Positions 16,251-28,894 of a stretch of 64,000 bases of DNA are shown piece after piece. The translations under genes and the position numbers were made by a program. Where the stretch lies: positions 28,334,001-28,398,000 of the forward strand of contig OX597829.1 of NCBI GenBank assembly GCA_951406725.2, given 5' to 3'. This DNA is from Octopus vulgaris. Its lineage: Eukaryota. Position 1 is the stretch's first letter, and every line of letters begins with the position of its first letter. Under the pieces are notes generated by a model that worked only from the letters and a program-made list of their open reading frames with translations, was not told the origin of the DNA and made no database searches.

Positions 16251-18044
16251 TTTATTCTTTATTACAGGCACAAGGCCTAACACAGAGGGGACATACACAA
16301 ACATGCGGGAACAAAAAACACATGGAAGGATGAATATAAAATGAATTAAATTACAATGAAAATGAGATGGCTATCTTGCTCCTGCTCTGAGGTGAAACCG
16401 TGAATTCCTTTTTCCTTTAAAACTTTACATTTTATGTAACAATTTCCAGCCCCACTCCAAGGTGAAACCATGACTTTCCTTTTCATTTTCACCTTACAAT
16501 TTTAAAACATTTTAAACAAATGTTCATTCATATAGTTACAGAATTTACTTATTTTCTTTTTCTTTTTCATTTTTAAACAAAAAGTTTAACCAAATGTTTT
16601 TCTCAATCTTTCACATTCTTTAAATTAAATCACGACTTACTGCTTCATCCTCTCCCTTTCACCCACATAATTCTCCAACGAGGCACAAGGTTCAACATCC
16701 ACCTCCGGCCTGTGGGTTCACTCTTTCAATTCTGAAACTCTTTTAACTATTAGGGTGTCCTACTTTTTTTAAAAATCCTGCTTCTGTCTGTATCTTGCAT
16801 GTCTGATTTTTTTTGACTTTGTATTTCTGCAATTCTTGTCCTTCTTGTGATTGTGTTTGTGTGTTCGTTTGACAGTAATTCTGCGTGTTTCATCTGTGTG
16901 TCTATGTCTTTATGTTTCCTTAATTCTGAATTATCTTGTTTCTGTACATCTATACCTCTGTGCTTTTGCATGTCTATGTGCTTGAGTGTCTGAATGTTTC
17001 TGTATTTGTAAGTCCTTTACTGGTAATCCTACAGGTGAATCTTCCTCATTTCTCATCATAGGTTGGCTTACGTCTTCCATTTCTTTGTACTTCTTCAGTT
17101 CCACTATCGTTGGTAACTTCCTCTTCTCTCTTTTTCTTGCTTTCACCTCTTCAAAATTCCTGTCTTGTTCTGTTATCTGTTTCTGCTGTCTCTCTACCAT
17201 TATATTCTCCTGAATACTCTCCTCTACAATTCCCACTGCTGCTCTTTGGCATTGCTTTCTCAAGTGCCCTCATTCACCACATTCGTAACATTTTGGGGGT
17301 CTTCCTTCCAACATTATCTCTAGCTTTTCTTCATTTGGTAGCCCTAAAATTTCAGGTATTTCATTGTAATATTTTGGGTTCACTGCACAAATTATCTCTA
17401 ATCTGTAGCCCCATCCCTTCACTTGTTGGGTTTGGCTTATCATGCCCATCTTCACTTCTTTGCTTTCCTTCCTCATCTCTGAATAAAAAATCACGGCTAT
17501 TATCCACTCTTGGTCTATCCACGATGGGATTCTTACCACCCTAATTCTGACAACTCTTTTGTCCAAACAGTTTGGCATCAAAGTCCATTTTTCTCCCTGT
17601 ATCAGCCTGTTGGAGGTTTTTTTCTGCCTGCTCTTCTGATAAAAAGATTACCACTATCGACACATATCACTTTCCTCTCGTAAAGAACATTATACTGTCT
17701 CCTATAAGTTCTTCCAAAATTTCTTCTATTTCTTCCAGCGTGTGTTCAATTCTATTTTTATTCGAAAATGTTCCGAATATCACCATCTTCTTTTCCATTT
17801 TCACTTTTCCCCCTCTGGCAGGGTCATTTTTATATTTGACCCTTCCTTCTCTACCATACTACTATATTTCTTTATCAGCTCTCCATTCCACTGTAACATC
17901 TGTTTCAGCACATGTGGGTCTAGGGGAACTTGATCTCCAGTAGCTTCTGCATAACTTCTCATTTTCCTCAGTTATTCACCACCTCCCAACATTGGTGGTT
18001 TCACACAAAAAATTAGGCTAGAGTTCTTCAAAAACAACAAAAAA
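16251..18044 (-). mobile_element. ORF1-only (gag-like CCHC) non-autonomous L1/Tx1-like retroelement, pseudogenised
   Basis: 17-bp TSD at 16234-16250 and 18045-18061; ATG at 17962 (MRSYAEAT...); zinc knuckle CYECGE*GHLRKQC at 17290-17249; ends GTAATAAAGAATAAA; no EN or RT motifs seen. Confidence 0.75.
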
Positions 18045-18933
18045 AATTGTTCAGCTAGAGGTGGTGCTGCCAAATTCCCATTTGAAATATATAGTTTTCA
18101 AAGTGACAACTAGTCACTGATCTATAAATTAGAAAATTACGATTTTTAAATCTCACAATGTGAGGTATTCAGCAACAGTACTTTGTAGTAAAGATTGTTT
18201 GCCAACATAACATGGCAGTCCTGGTTTAGGATTAATGTTGCTGTAATTTAGCCCCAGGAGACATCGTCTCCAGCTGGTTCCATGACATGATCTGTATCCT
18301 TATATTTTCAAACAGCTCAAAACAATATCTGTGTATTACTTTTCCAGGTTATTTTCCTTCATCAGCACAGAATAATTGTTTGGCTAGAGGTGGTGTTGCC
18401 AAATTCCCATTCGAAATATATAGTTTTCAAAGTGACAACTAGTCACTGATCTATAAATTAAAAAATTGCTATTTTTAAATCTCACAACGCAAGTGGGGAT
18501 GCTAGATTCCCTTGTTCGAAAATATAAGGACACAAAATGTGTCATATAGCCAGCTGGAGACCATGTCTCCTGGGGTTAAATTACAGCAACATTCATCCTA
18601 AACCAGGACTGCCATGTTATGATGGAAAACAATCTTTACTACAAAGTACTGTTGCTGAAGATCTCACGTTGTGAGATGTAAAAATAGTAATTTTCAATGG
18701 ATATGTTAAGTAACATCTCTATGGTCTGTTCTGGTCTGCAACAAGGCCATGGAAATAACACAAGGGATGAAGAGCAATTGAAGCTCTTGGAATTTTGTGA
18801 TGTACATGACATATTTACAAAGCTGACTCCAGAAAAATGACCAGCCATTTGATTCCTTACCAGTTGATCATACAATCCAGTGAGGCTTCATACTCATCAG
18901 GAAATGGAATAGAAATTGAGTTATACCAGGATT

Positions 18934-19237
18934 TGTTTGTTCCTTCTCAAGCCATGCCTGGCTCATAAGGGCCAGTTTCCCAGTTTCCTTGGCGTATAGG
19001 TTCCCCACTTGGATGGGATGCTGGTCCGTCGCAGGTGAGCTGCAAGATGTAGGAGGAAAGAGTGAGAGAAAGTTGTGGCAAAAGAGTGAGCAGAAGTTCG
19101 CCATTATCTTCTGCCAGAGATGCGTGGAGCTTAGGTGTTTTCGCTCATAAACACACACATCGCCCAGTCTGATATTCGAACCTGCGATCCCTTGACCATG
19201 AGTCCGCTGCTCTAACCACTAGGCCATTTGCCTCCAC
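18934..19237 (-). mobile_element. tRNA-derived SINE with 12-bp TSD
   Basis: Head tggcctagtggttagag (A box) ... ggttcgaatatc (B box); TSD tataccaggatt at 18922-18933 and 19238-19249; related copy at 55780-56163. Confidence 0.85.
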
Positions 19238-20890
19238 TATACCAGGATTAGTGCAGATATATTCATAGTTACATGGAGTCAGCCAGTGCAAGTATGTGAC
19301 AGTTCATTCATCATATTTGATCAAGCAACTACAATTATTAATTGAATAAATACAAGAGAGAAAGATATTAAGAAAACAAATGTTCTCAAGTTCATGCATT
19401 GTTGATCAACAGAGGCAATGACTTCAACCACATAGTACATCAACAGGGGTAGGGATCAGAAAATCAGAGCGATTCTGATTTTGCTCTTGCCTATGTTGCA
19501 CCTCCCAAGCCAAAAGTCACAGAAGTGATAGCCTCAACTGTAGCAATGAAACTGCTGTTTATGGCTCAAAATAGTTTTAGCCATAGGTAATCAATGAAGA
19601 CCATGACTAACACCATAGCACTTCAACAAGGGATGCTGTTTCTGAAACTATGGAAGTCTGTTAATAGTGAAATGGACTGGACCAATGCATACATATTCAT
19701 AGCTATGTGGACTGGTCTGGACCATATAATAGTATTTTCAGTGCTACTGGTGACACGCAACTCAGTACAACCAGTTGCATGGTCAGGCTGCTGGTGATTA
19801 AACCAACAACACTACCAAGCCTGCTTGGTGGGTAGGGTGGTTTTGAAGTACCCTGCAGGATGAAAAACAAGACCCATCAAAAGGCAGATGAACTCAGAAG
19901 AATGTATGGTCACCCAATTACATGATATATTTATGTCTGCACAAAATTTCTGATTTAGTACCCAGGTGTGCATTTAGATTACCAAGGTAGGTTGGATTTT
20001 AACACTTTAGCATTCAGATTACTTTGTCAAATGTAATGCTTATTTATCCACATTGCTTTAAATTAATCATGTAATATCTCATAGCTTTGAGGTCTCAATG
20101 ATGTGACTGTCTATTTTTAGAATGACATTGTAGGGTAGGCATGAGAGGCTGGATCTGGTCAATTTGAACATAAAAAGATGAAGAATAATTTGGCTGGTTT
20201 AAATGTTAAAGGGTTAAGTCATGGCAAAGGCTGCTAACTCAGAAAATGAAGAACACAAACAGAAAAGTGTGAGGTATATTGCTCATTGAGTTTGTGGCAA
20301 ACGTTCATACCAACTTCTGCCTTCAGCATTTCCAAAAAATCTGACTTGTTCTGCATAAGTACTCACCACTGAAAACAAACCATCTGTGTGGGTAGTCTAA
20401 CAACTGTCTTTTTGAACTCTCATAAGCTGAAATTGATGAAGAATCCTCCTCCCCCACCACCATTTAATGTCCATGTTCTATACTTGGATGAGCAGCCAGG
20501 ATCAATGAAGGACTGTATTTTGCTCCAATGTTAGCTTTAAATATTGGTTTTTACAGCTAGATGCCCTTCCTAATAGCAATCATGTTACAGCATGTACTTG
20601 CAGCTTCTTTTTTATACCACCAGCACAATAAAAGTCATAATGCAACACACAAGACTACAAAACCTGAGGTGGTGGTGGTGATGTTAGTAGGGTTAGTCTA
20701 TTATATATATATATATATATAGTATAGTATAGATATATAAGCCAGTAATTCTTTGCTTAGCAACTGTCAGACATTCCTACTAATTTTGTTCAGCTATGAA
20801 GTATTAGGGAATTAAAGGGCAAAATTTGAAGGGAGATACAAACCCATAGCCTAACAAACCTCATAATTTACACAATCTGAAACATAATAA

Positions 20891-21578
20891 TGGTTTCAAA
20901 GTCTGGCACAAGGCCTATCAATTTCATGGATTGGGATGAATCAATTACTTCAATCCCAGTCCTCAACTGGTACCTATTTTATAGACCCCAAAAAGGATGA
21001 AAGGTAAAGTCAACTTTGGTGGAATTTGAACTCAAAATGTAAAGACAGACGAGATGCTGCTAAGCATTTCGCCCTTAATGCCACCTTAATCTGAAACAAT
21101 AATAATCCTTTCTACTATAGGCACAATAATAATCCTTTCTACTATAGACACAAGACTTGAAATTTGTGGGGAGGGGTAAGTCAATCACATCAACCCCAGT
21201 ACTTGACTGATACTTAATAAAAGGGTAAAAGACAAAATCAAACTTGGTGAAATTTGAACTCAAAATGTAAAGGCAGATGAGATGCTGCTAAGCATCTTGT
21301 CCAGTGCATAATGATGCTTATTTCTTTACTGCCCACAAGGGGCTGCACATAGAGGGGACAAACAAGGACAGACAAACGGATTGAGTCGATTATATCAACA
21401 CCAGTGTGTAACTGGTACTTAATTTATCGCCCCTGAAAGGATGAAAGGCAAAGTCAACTTCGGCGGAATTTGAACTCAGAACACAGCAGCAGACAAAATA
21501 CCACTAAGCATTTCGCCCAGTGTGCTAATGTTTCTGAAGCTCACCCAGTGCATAATGATTCTATGAGCTTGCCACCTT
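20891..21578 (-). mobile_element. Cluster of three tRNA-derived SINEs (one nested) just downstream of MRPS12
   Basis: Three copies of the gagttcaaatt...gactttgcctttcatcc core; the inner copy 21317-21545 is flanked by ccagtgcataatgat. Confidence 0.8.
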
Positions 21579-21633
21579 AATCTGAAACATAATAATAACA
21601 ATAAAGACTTAAATCACAGAAACCAGAATAAAT

Positions 21634-21998
21634 TTATTTCTTTACATGTGCTAAATCATATTTCCCTCGCACACATTTTAATTTTACACCAGGAACGTCT
21701 TGTAATCTACCTCCTCTAACAAGAACAATACTATGCTCTTGAAGATTGTGTCCTTCTCCAGGTACATAAGCGGTGGCTTCACGACCATTACTAAGCCTCA
21801 CACGAACACATTTTCGATTGGCCGAATTGGGTTTTTTAGGTTTTTTAATTAAAGTTTTTAAGACAATGCCACGCAGAAATGGGAGGCCGAATGTTGGACG
21901 CTTCTTCTTTTTCGTGGGTCGCCATGGATTCTTATGCATTTGATTTAAAGTTGCCATTTGTTGACAGCATTCCAGAAGTGGTGTTCTAGTGTAATTAC
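21634..21998 (-). CDS. MRPS12: Mitochondrial ribosomal protein uS12m, last coding exon
   Basis: Acceptor ttttcgtttcttttag|GT at 21998; encodes (G)[21 protein letters not shown]...[21 protein letters not shown]...[10 protein letters not shown]...[11 protein letters not shown]...[11 protein letters not shown]. Confidence 0.96.
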
Positions 21999-22592
21999 CT
22001 AAAAGAAACGAAAATGTAAATATTTAAAATAATTATTTACCACGAAGCAATAGAGAATTGGAAGAAACACATTTTAATTAGTTAGGTGCCGATGTGACTG
22101 CATGGATAAACACACAACCACCCCAAGCTCAGACCTGCTGAGTTTGGGCAAATATTTACTACTATCACCCTAAGCCAACCAAAACCTTTGAATGGGTTTA
22201 TTAAATAGAAACTAAAAGAAGCCCATTGTGTGTGTGTGTGTGTATATGTATATAAATATATATATATAGTGCCAGGACATAGAAATACTGGGCTGGTGTC
22301 CAAGGGCACAGTAAGATCACTTGGAGTTAGGGATCCCCAGTCTTTGATAAAACATCCCTCTAAGAGAAGGATAACTCATATATAAAACCCACTGTGTTAC
22401 TAAGCTGGATATCTTGAACTTTGCTTGTCTCTGGGTTCCTTAGCATAGCTAGTGAGAGTCATTGTGGTATGGTGCAAGCTGCACCTGACTTAAAAGCTCT
22501 GCAAGGGTTTTGCTTACATTACCTGGCAGCAATGGTCATGCATGTTAGCCATCATCACCATCACGTGTTTTATATATATATATATATATATA

Positions 22593-23151
22593 CTAGCTGA
22601 AGGTGACCCGCTCTACGCGCGGGTAAGAGTGTGGTATATATAAATACAGATATATACACTTAGTATATATACATTATATATACATATTTATATATAGATA
22701 CACACACACACATATATAAATTAACCCAATAAATATCTGATTCATAATATTTGTTCTCATGATTGTGTGGTGGTGGTGACGATGATAATTCTCTCTATGA
22801 ATGCAGACAGCGAGATATAGAACGCCGTTTGACGAAGTTATAAAGAGAAAGTGAAGGGTAGTTAGACGCCGTTATCGAGGTTATATATAGAAAGTGATGG
22901 GGGGAGGAAATAGAGTGAGTGAGGGAGGAAGACAGATACATAAAAGAATGAGAGTCGACTTGTCAAAGTGGGTTTTTGGCCCTAGCAACGACACCTTTTA
23001 AGATAGGGATTTCTAACCTAGCCCACTGGCATCCTCACCTCATTTTACATGTCCCTGTAAATTTTGGAGTCAATTCGACGGGATCTAGTGGCCTTTAAAC
23101 CATTCCAGACAAACAAACAAACTTTTCGCATTTCAGTTTTATAAATAGAGA
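22593..23151 (-). mobile_element. Non-autonomous Helitron
   Basis: Minus strand starts TC, ends with hairpin acccgc-gcgtaga-gcgggt shortly before CTAG, inserted in an AT run. Confidence 0.75.
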
Positions 23152-23160
23152 TATATATAT

Positions 23161-24530
23161 ATCATCATCATCATCATCATTTAATATCTGCTTTCCATGC
23201 TAGCATGGGTTGGACGATTTGACTGAGGTCTGGCAAACCAGATGGCTGCACCAGGCTCCAGTCTGATCTGGCAGTTTCTACAGCTGGATACCCTTCCTAA
23301 CGCCAACCACTCCAAGAGTCTAGTGAGTGCTTTTACATTCCACTGGCAAGAGGGCCAGTCAGGCGGTACTGGTAATGGCCACACTCAAATGGTGTTTTTT
23401 ATGTGCCACCTGCAGAGGACCAGTCCATTGCTTGAATGTTTTTTCATGTGCCACCAGCACAAGTGCCAGTAAGGCGACACAGGTATTGATCATACTTGAA
23501 TGGTGTTTTTTACATGCCATCAGCACAGAGGCCAGCTTGTTGCTCTGGCAACTATCACACTCGTATGGTACTCTTAGCGCTCCACTAGCACAGATGCCAG
23601 TCATCGAATTTGATTTCGATTTCACTTGCCTCAACAGGTCTTTGCAAGCAGAGTTTAGTGTCCAATGAAGGAAAGGTATGCATAAGTGGACTGGTTACAC
23701 CCATGGCATAGGCCACAGGGTTATGGTCTCACTTGCGCTTGCTGAGTCTTCTCAAGCACAGCATATTTCCAAAGGTCTCGGTCATAGTCATTGCCTTGGT
23801 GAGGCCCAATGTCTTCCTCTTCCACAGGTTCCCTCAACCACTAGGGTGTGGCACTTTTTCACACAGCTATCCACATCCATTCTCGCCACATGGCCATACC
23901 AACGCAGTTGTCTCTCTTCCACACCACATCTGATGCTTCTTAGGTCCAACTTTTCTCTCAAGGCCCTAACACTCTGTCAAGTATGCACACTGACATTACA
24001 CATTCATCGGAGCATACTGGCTTCATTCCTTGTGAGCTTACGCATGTCCTCAGCAGTCACGGCCCATGTTTCACTGCCATGCAGCATGGCTGTTCATACA
24101 CATGCATCATACAGTCTATCTTTTACTCTCAGCGAGAGGCCCTTTGTCACCAGCAGAGGTAAGAGCTCTCTGAACTTTGCCCAGGTTATTCTTACTCTAG
24201 CAGCTACACTTTCAGTACACTCTTCCCGGCTACTGACTTGGTCACCTAGGTAACAGAAGCTATCAACTACTTCTAGTTTTTCTCCTTGGAATGTGGTGGA
24301 AGTTGTTCTTTGCACATTTTCAGTGTTATTTATTGCTCCTGAGCATCTGCCACATACAAAAACTATCTTCCCAGTTAGCCTTCCTTTGACATTGCTGCAC
24401 CTCTTATGTGTCCATAGCTTACACTGGGTACATCTTATAGAGTTTCTACCTACACCTTTTCTACAGATTGAGCAGGGCCATCTACCTGAAGGGATTTGTG
24501 GTTTGCCTGCCTTCCTACTTATTAGGACAT
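23161..24530 (-). mobile_element. RTE-clade LINE 3' portion (same family as 6553-7840)
   Basis: GEKLEVVDSFCYLGD...ARVRITWAKFRELLPLL...LRVKDRLYDACV; RTE 3' UTR and (GAT)n tail. More fragments at 31790-32325 and 63424-64000. Confidence 0.9.
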
Positions 24531-26439
24531 ATATATTTATATATATATATATATATATGTAGGTATTTATATGTATATATGTATGTGCATATCAGTGTTA
24601 TGCATGTGTATCCTTGAAAGAAGCCCACTGTGTGGCAGTTGTAAATGATTTTCACTATCATAGAAGCAGTATTATTCATTTCCAATATTCTACAAAAACT
24701 TGTCTGGGTATGGGAAAATATTACCTTGCTTGGAAACAGGTGAAGGTAGGAGACAAGAAGGGCATATGGCCATAGAAAATCTACTTCAATAAACTCTGTC
24801 TAACCTATGCCAGCATGTAAATGTGGGCCCCTTTCTCAGAGATTACGAGAATACATCCTAGCTTTTATATATAGTGTTCAAGTTACCCGAGTGTACATGT
24901 ATGTGTGTAAGAAGATCCTTAGATATTTTTAGTTTACATATGGGAATGGTAAGTTTTTAACATCATCTCAAATTTCACAGTTAATTTTCTTGGCTCATTT
25001 TTCTTAAGTTATGCAAATTATTGAGGCTATAAATTCATTCTACTCTTTTTATGTGTCTATGTCCCTTAACTGATGGTGCTAGGTGAGGACAATTATCATG
25101 CTGATGATGTCTATTGAAGCAGAAATGCAAATCCATAAGTATCCTTTGATATCCAGAAAATAAGCTCATCCCATTCCTCAATGGCAAGTCAACTTGAACG
25201 AATTCTTGAGTCTTCAGATTATCTCCCCTCCTTATGTAGAGCTGTTCTCATTTGACATTAGTAATTGTGACACAACCTCCAGAAGCAGAAATAATTTTAA
25301 TATAGCAAGAATTTATGCTGAAAGTTAATTGACATACCAGTATTTGTGTATAGGTTAGGTAGCTGTTAAATTGTCTACAATTCTCATGCTGACATCTAAG
25401 GTGATTTGATTGTTCAGCTTATACGGTAGAAAGACATTTATAGTTATTATTTTGACAGTCAAAATTGCTGAGTCAACATGGTGTAATTGAGAGCATAATT
25501 ATCTAGTATTTGATAGTGCAAAATTAGATTAGTGGCGGAGTTTTGCTTTAAGCACCCCATATAACCTCTCATAACTTTTTTTATTTTGGGAAATTTCCAG
25601 AATTTTTTTGTGAATTTCTATTCTACAGATGGAAATTCACATGACTATATATAAAAAAATTTTTTTTTGAATTTTCCAAATTAAAAAGAATTTTTTTAAA
25701 ATTTCAGATTTAAAAAGAAAATCATTTAAAAATACAGACAGTTCGAATTTTTGGTTTAATCCTACAGTATACTGTTAAATGCGTTTGCAGGGAAAGCAGG
25801 GAGAAAGATATAGGAAAACATCAATACATCAGTGACAAATAAGGAAGGCATCAGGTGGTTGTGAGATGTGCTAAAAATGATAGCTAAATAGCCCTTAAAT
25901 CATACACCAAAAATTCGGGGGTAGAGGGAGAACTGAAGGAATTGGGAGAAAGAAAGATATTAGTGGCAGGGGTTACAGAGAAAAGTAGGAATAAGGTGGC
26001 AAGATTATAGGCAGATTGTATACAGGTGTTCCTGACAAATAACACATTGCGTGTGTGTATTTTAGGGAGAGGGAAGTCACTAAAAGGGTTATGAACAGCG
26101 ACAAAAGAACTCTTACTGACAAACAACTGATTTTTTGATTAACCAGCGCATTAAACAAATGATCGATTAGTTGGTTAGATATTTAACCAAGTGACTAATG
26201 ATGAAGAAGTGATACTGAACCAGTGTGTGCGTGTGTTATTATTATTGGTGTAATGACCCACCCAAGACACAAAACGATAGACAGACAGACATAGGGTATT
26301 TGGACTAAACGTGACAACTTTTTATGTCTCCATTCTTCAGGAACAGTCAGTGGTGTTGGAGAGCATAAAGATTAAAGTTGTATTTGTGAAAAAGCTAGCT
26401 ATGGAGGACTAGAAGCCATATGAATGGATCGTGAAGATT

Positions 26440-26880
26440 CACATTGGGTATCAAAATGCTGGCATCATGACTGCTGCTCAATGTTCTGTGAATACTGAAA
26501 AGGTTATATAAGATGTGACACAGACATCATGAAAACCAAGTTCCCCAAAACTATCTTTGGATGTGTCTTGGGTGAGAGTGATTTCATGAGCCCCACATCT
26601 TTGAACGAGGCCTTAGGTTCAATTCATACAGCCGTTATGTTGCTGGAGACTGTCAAACCCTGGCTGGAGAGGGTTGCTGCTGGAAGGCCATGTGTAGTAG
26701 CATGATTCAACTCTATGCCATACCTCTAGAAAAAGTTTGAAGTGGTTGTTGGAGAAATTCTACAACTTCACCAACCCCAATTCCTCTAACTGCATTCCCA
26801 TGGATCACTATGTGAGAAAGGCACCAAATGCTCTGCCTGTAATACCAAGACTGGGTTGGTGGCCAACATCAAAAATGTGT
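26440..26880 (+). mobile_element. mariner/maT-like transposase remnant
   Basis: KTKFP...FGCV...PHIFE.GLR...LETVKPWLERVAAGRP...HDS..CHTSRKSLKWLLEKFYNF...PNSSNCIPMDHYV across frameshifts. Confidence 0.8.
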
Positions 26881-28894
26881 TATAGAGGCATTATTTTAGA
26901 GTTAGAAGTCTCTCTTGTCATTGATCCTTATCTGTTTTCCAATGTCTCATTTCACATGGCTTCAAAGTGCGAAGCAATTAGGTTTGCTGATGGGAGAACT
27001 GACAGCAACAACACCTGTGCATTGCAATTTTTGTAGAAGCAAGTGAAATTTCTTATTTTATCTTATGTCCATTGTCTCAAAATCTTTTGTCAGATACACA
27101 TGGATGGAAAGGTCGTTAAAGAGGTCACAGATATGTGACGAAAGATTTCCAGACAATGGACATAAAATAAGAACAATAATAAACAAGTGTAGAACAAATA
27201 TGTAGTGCATGTGTTTATTTGTCAAAAAAAAAAAATGACCACCCCAAAATATAACAATATCTGTTTCAATACACGATTTCACATCAGGAATTTTGCAAAA
27301 CAAATTCATAAACATATGTATGTGTGTGTGGTGTATGTATGTATGTATCATTCAACCACAGTAGTGGTTGAATATATTCTTAAGTCCACCATTTTGTCAA
27401 TTGCAGTAGCTTCCAAGCTTCACCACTAATTCAGTTCTTAACTAAATTACAAACTGTTAATAGTTTTAAAGGGGACACCTCCTCAGCTACACTTTGACAT
27501 AAATAGTTTGAGATTTGGTTCAGTAGAAAAATGTTACATCAAAATATGTCAGACCTCAAGTGGTAGATATTCATTTTCAATTAACATAAATTTTAAAATT
27601 TTAAATTAAAAGTATACTTTTCTTAGGCTTAAATGATAGAAAAATGTATGAGGAATTTAGAATCGTTAGTCACATTGAACGAAAATTAGTAGAGATAGAG
27701 TTATGAAATTTAATGTCAGGAAGTAAGAAGTAACGCTTAAGCAATAAGAATAAAGAATATATTTCTAAAATGAATGTTTACATTCTAAGGCAGTGAGCTG
27801 GCAGAAACGTTAGCACGCCGGGTAAAATGCTTAGCAGTATTCTGTCTCTTTTTATGTTTTTGAGTTCAAATTTCGCCGAGGTCGACTTTGACATACAGAT
27901 TATTTAATCAATTTTTTTTAACTAAACACTTTATTCTTAATGTTTTTGACAAAATTTTGTATTTTAGAAGTAGTATTTCGTCTGTCTTTATGTTCTGAGT
28001 TCAAATTCTGCAGAGGTCGACTTTGCCTTTCCTCCATTTTAGATCTATTCAATTAGATGTACAGATTATTTAATTAATTTTTTTAAACTAGACACTTTCA
28101 AACTTCCAATACTGGTAGAATGTGTCTTATAGAACAGGGTTTACTCTTAATATTTTTGACAAAATTTTGTATTTTAGAAGTTATTTCGTCAGAAGTTACA
28201 GAGCGACAATGGACAAATTTGTGTTTGATAAGTGCCAATACACGAAACTCTCAGCTTTTGACTTACTCTCTAACTTCTGCCAATGATATATATACATATT
28301 ACATATCCTTGTAAAAAATCTCATCATGCAATCAAACCAATGGAAGAACCTCTATCTGGTCGCTCAACACACTAAAAATAGCAGCCAAAGTATCCTCCTA
28401 CCTAAATCACGTGCCCATTGTATGTAATGTCTTAGATTATCCCTAAAAAGATGGTCAGCTGAAGGCTGGAATGTCTTTGACGATACGTTTGCTGTATCAG
28501 GGTTGATTTCAGGCTAAATAACAACAACATTATGGCCAATTTCTATATTAACACCCGCACGATCTTCACTAAGAAAAAAAAATTTGATTTTTTGCATGGA
28601 ATCAAGTACCCTGACCTCCTAATATGTTGCAAATCCTGGAATCATTGGAATTTTTTTTTCTGTTGAATGAATTCCTGTGACCTCCTAATATTGCAAAATT
28701 AGGTTACTTAAGGTGAGCCTGGTAACTGATGGTTTTGGGGTCTTGTTGTTTGTAACTTAAACATGAAAAAAATTGAAATATTATCATCACTTACATAGAA
28801 AAATTGAAATATTATCTTTCAGTATTTTAATCTTAAATTATTAATTGACACATTATTAATTATCTTAAAACAGCAATGTCTGGAAAAATCATGG

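Larger units (their letters stand above)
16020..18695 (-). mobile_element. ~350-bp non-coding tandem repeat with type I hammerhead-like motif (retrozyme/PLE-like), two tandem units plus an inverted partial unit
   Basis: Unit 1 = 16020-16250 + 18062-18183; unit 2 = 18184-18489; inverted partial copy ~18493-18695; motif copies at 16188-16230 and 18329-18370. Confidence 0.7.

Noticed and set aside
16020-18390. LTR retrotransposon interpretation of the repeats flanking the CCHC ORF
   Set aside because: The 17-bp TSD and the uninterrupted neighbouring unit show an insertion into a pre-existing tandem repeat; no PBS, PPT or TG..CA ends seen.
21634-21957. ORF-track 107-aa S12 as a bacterial-type or intronless rpsL (HGT/NUMT)
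   Set aside because: It has an upstream acceptor and an in-phase presequence exon at 30173-30245, and the sequence is of the mitochondrial uS12m type; an ordinary nuclear MRPS12.
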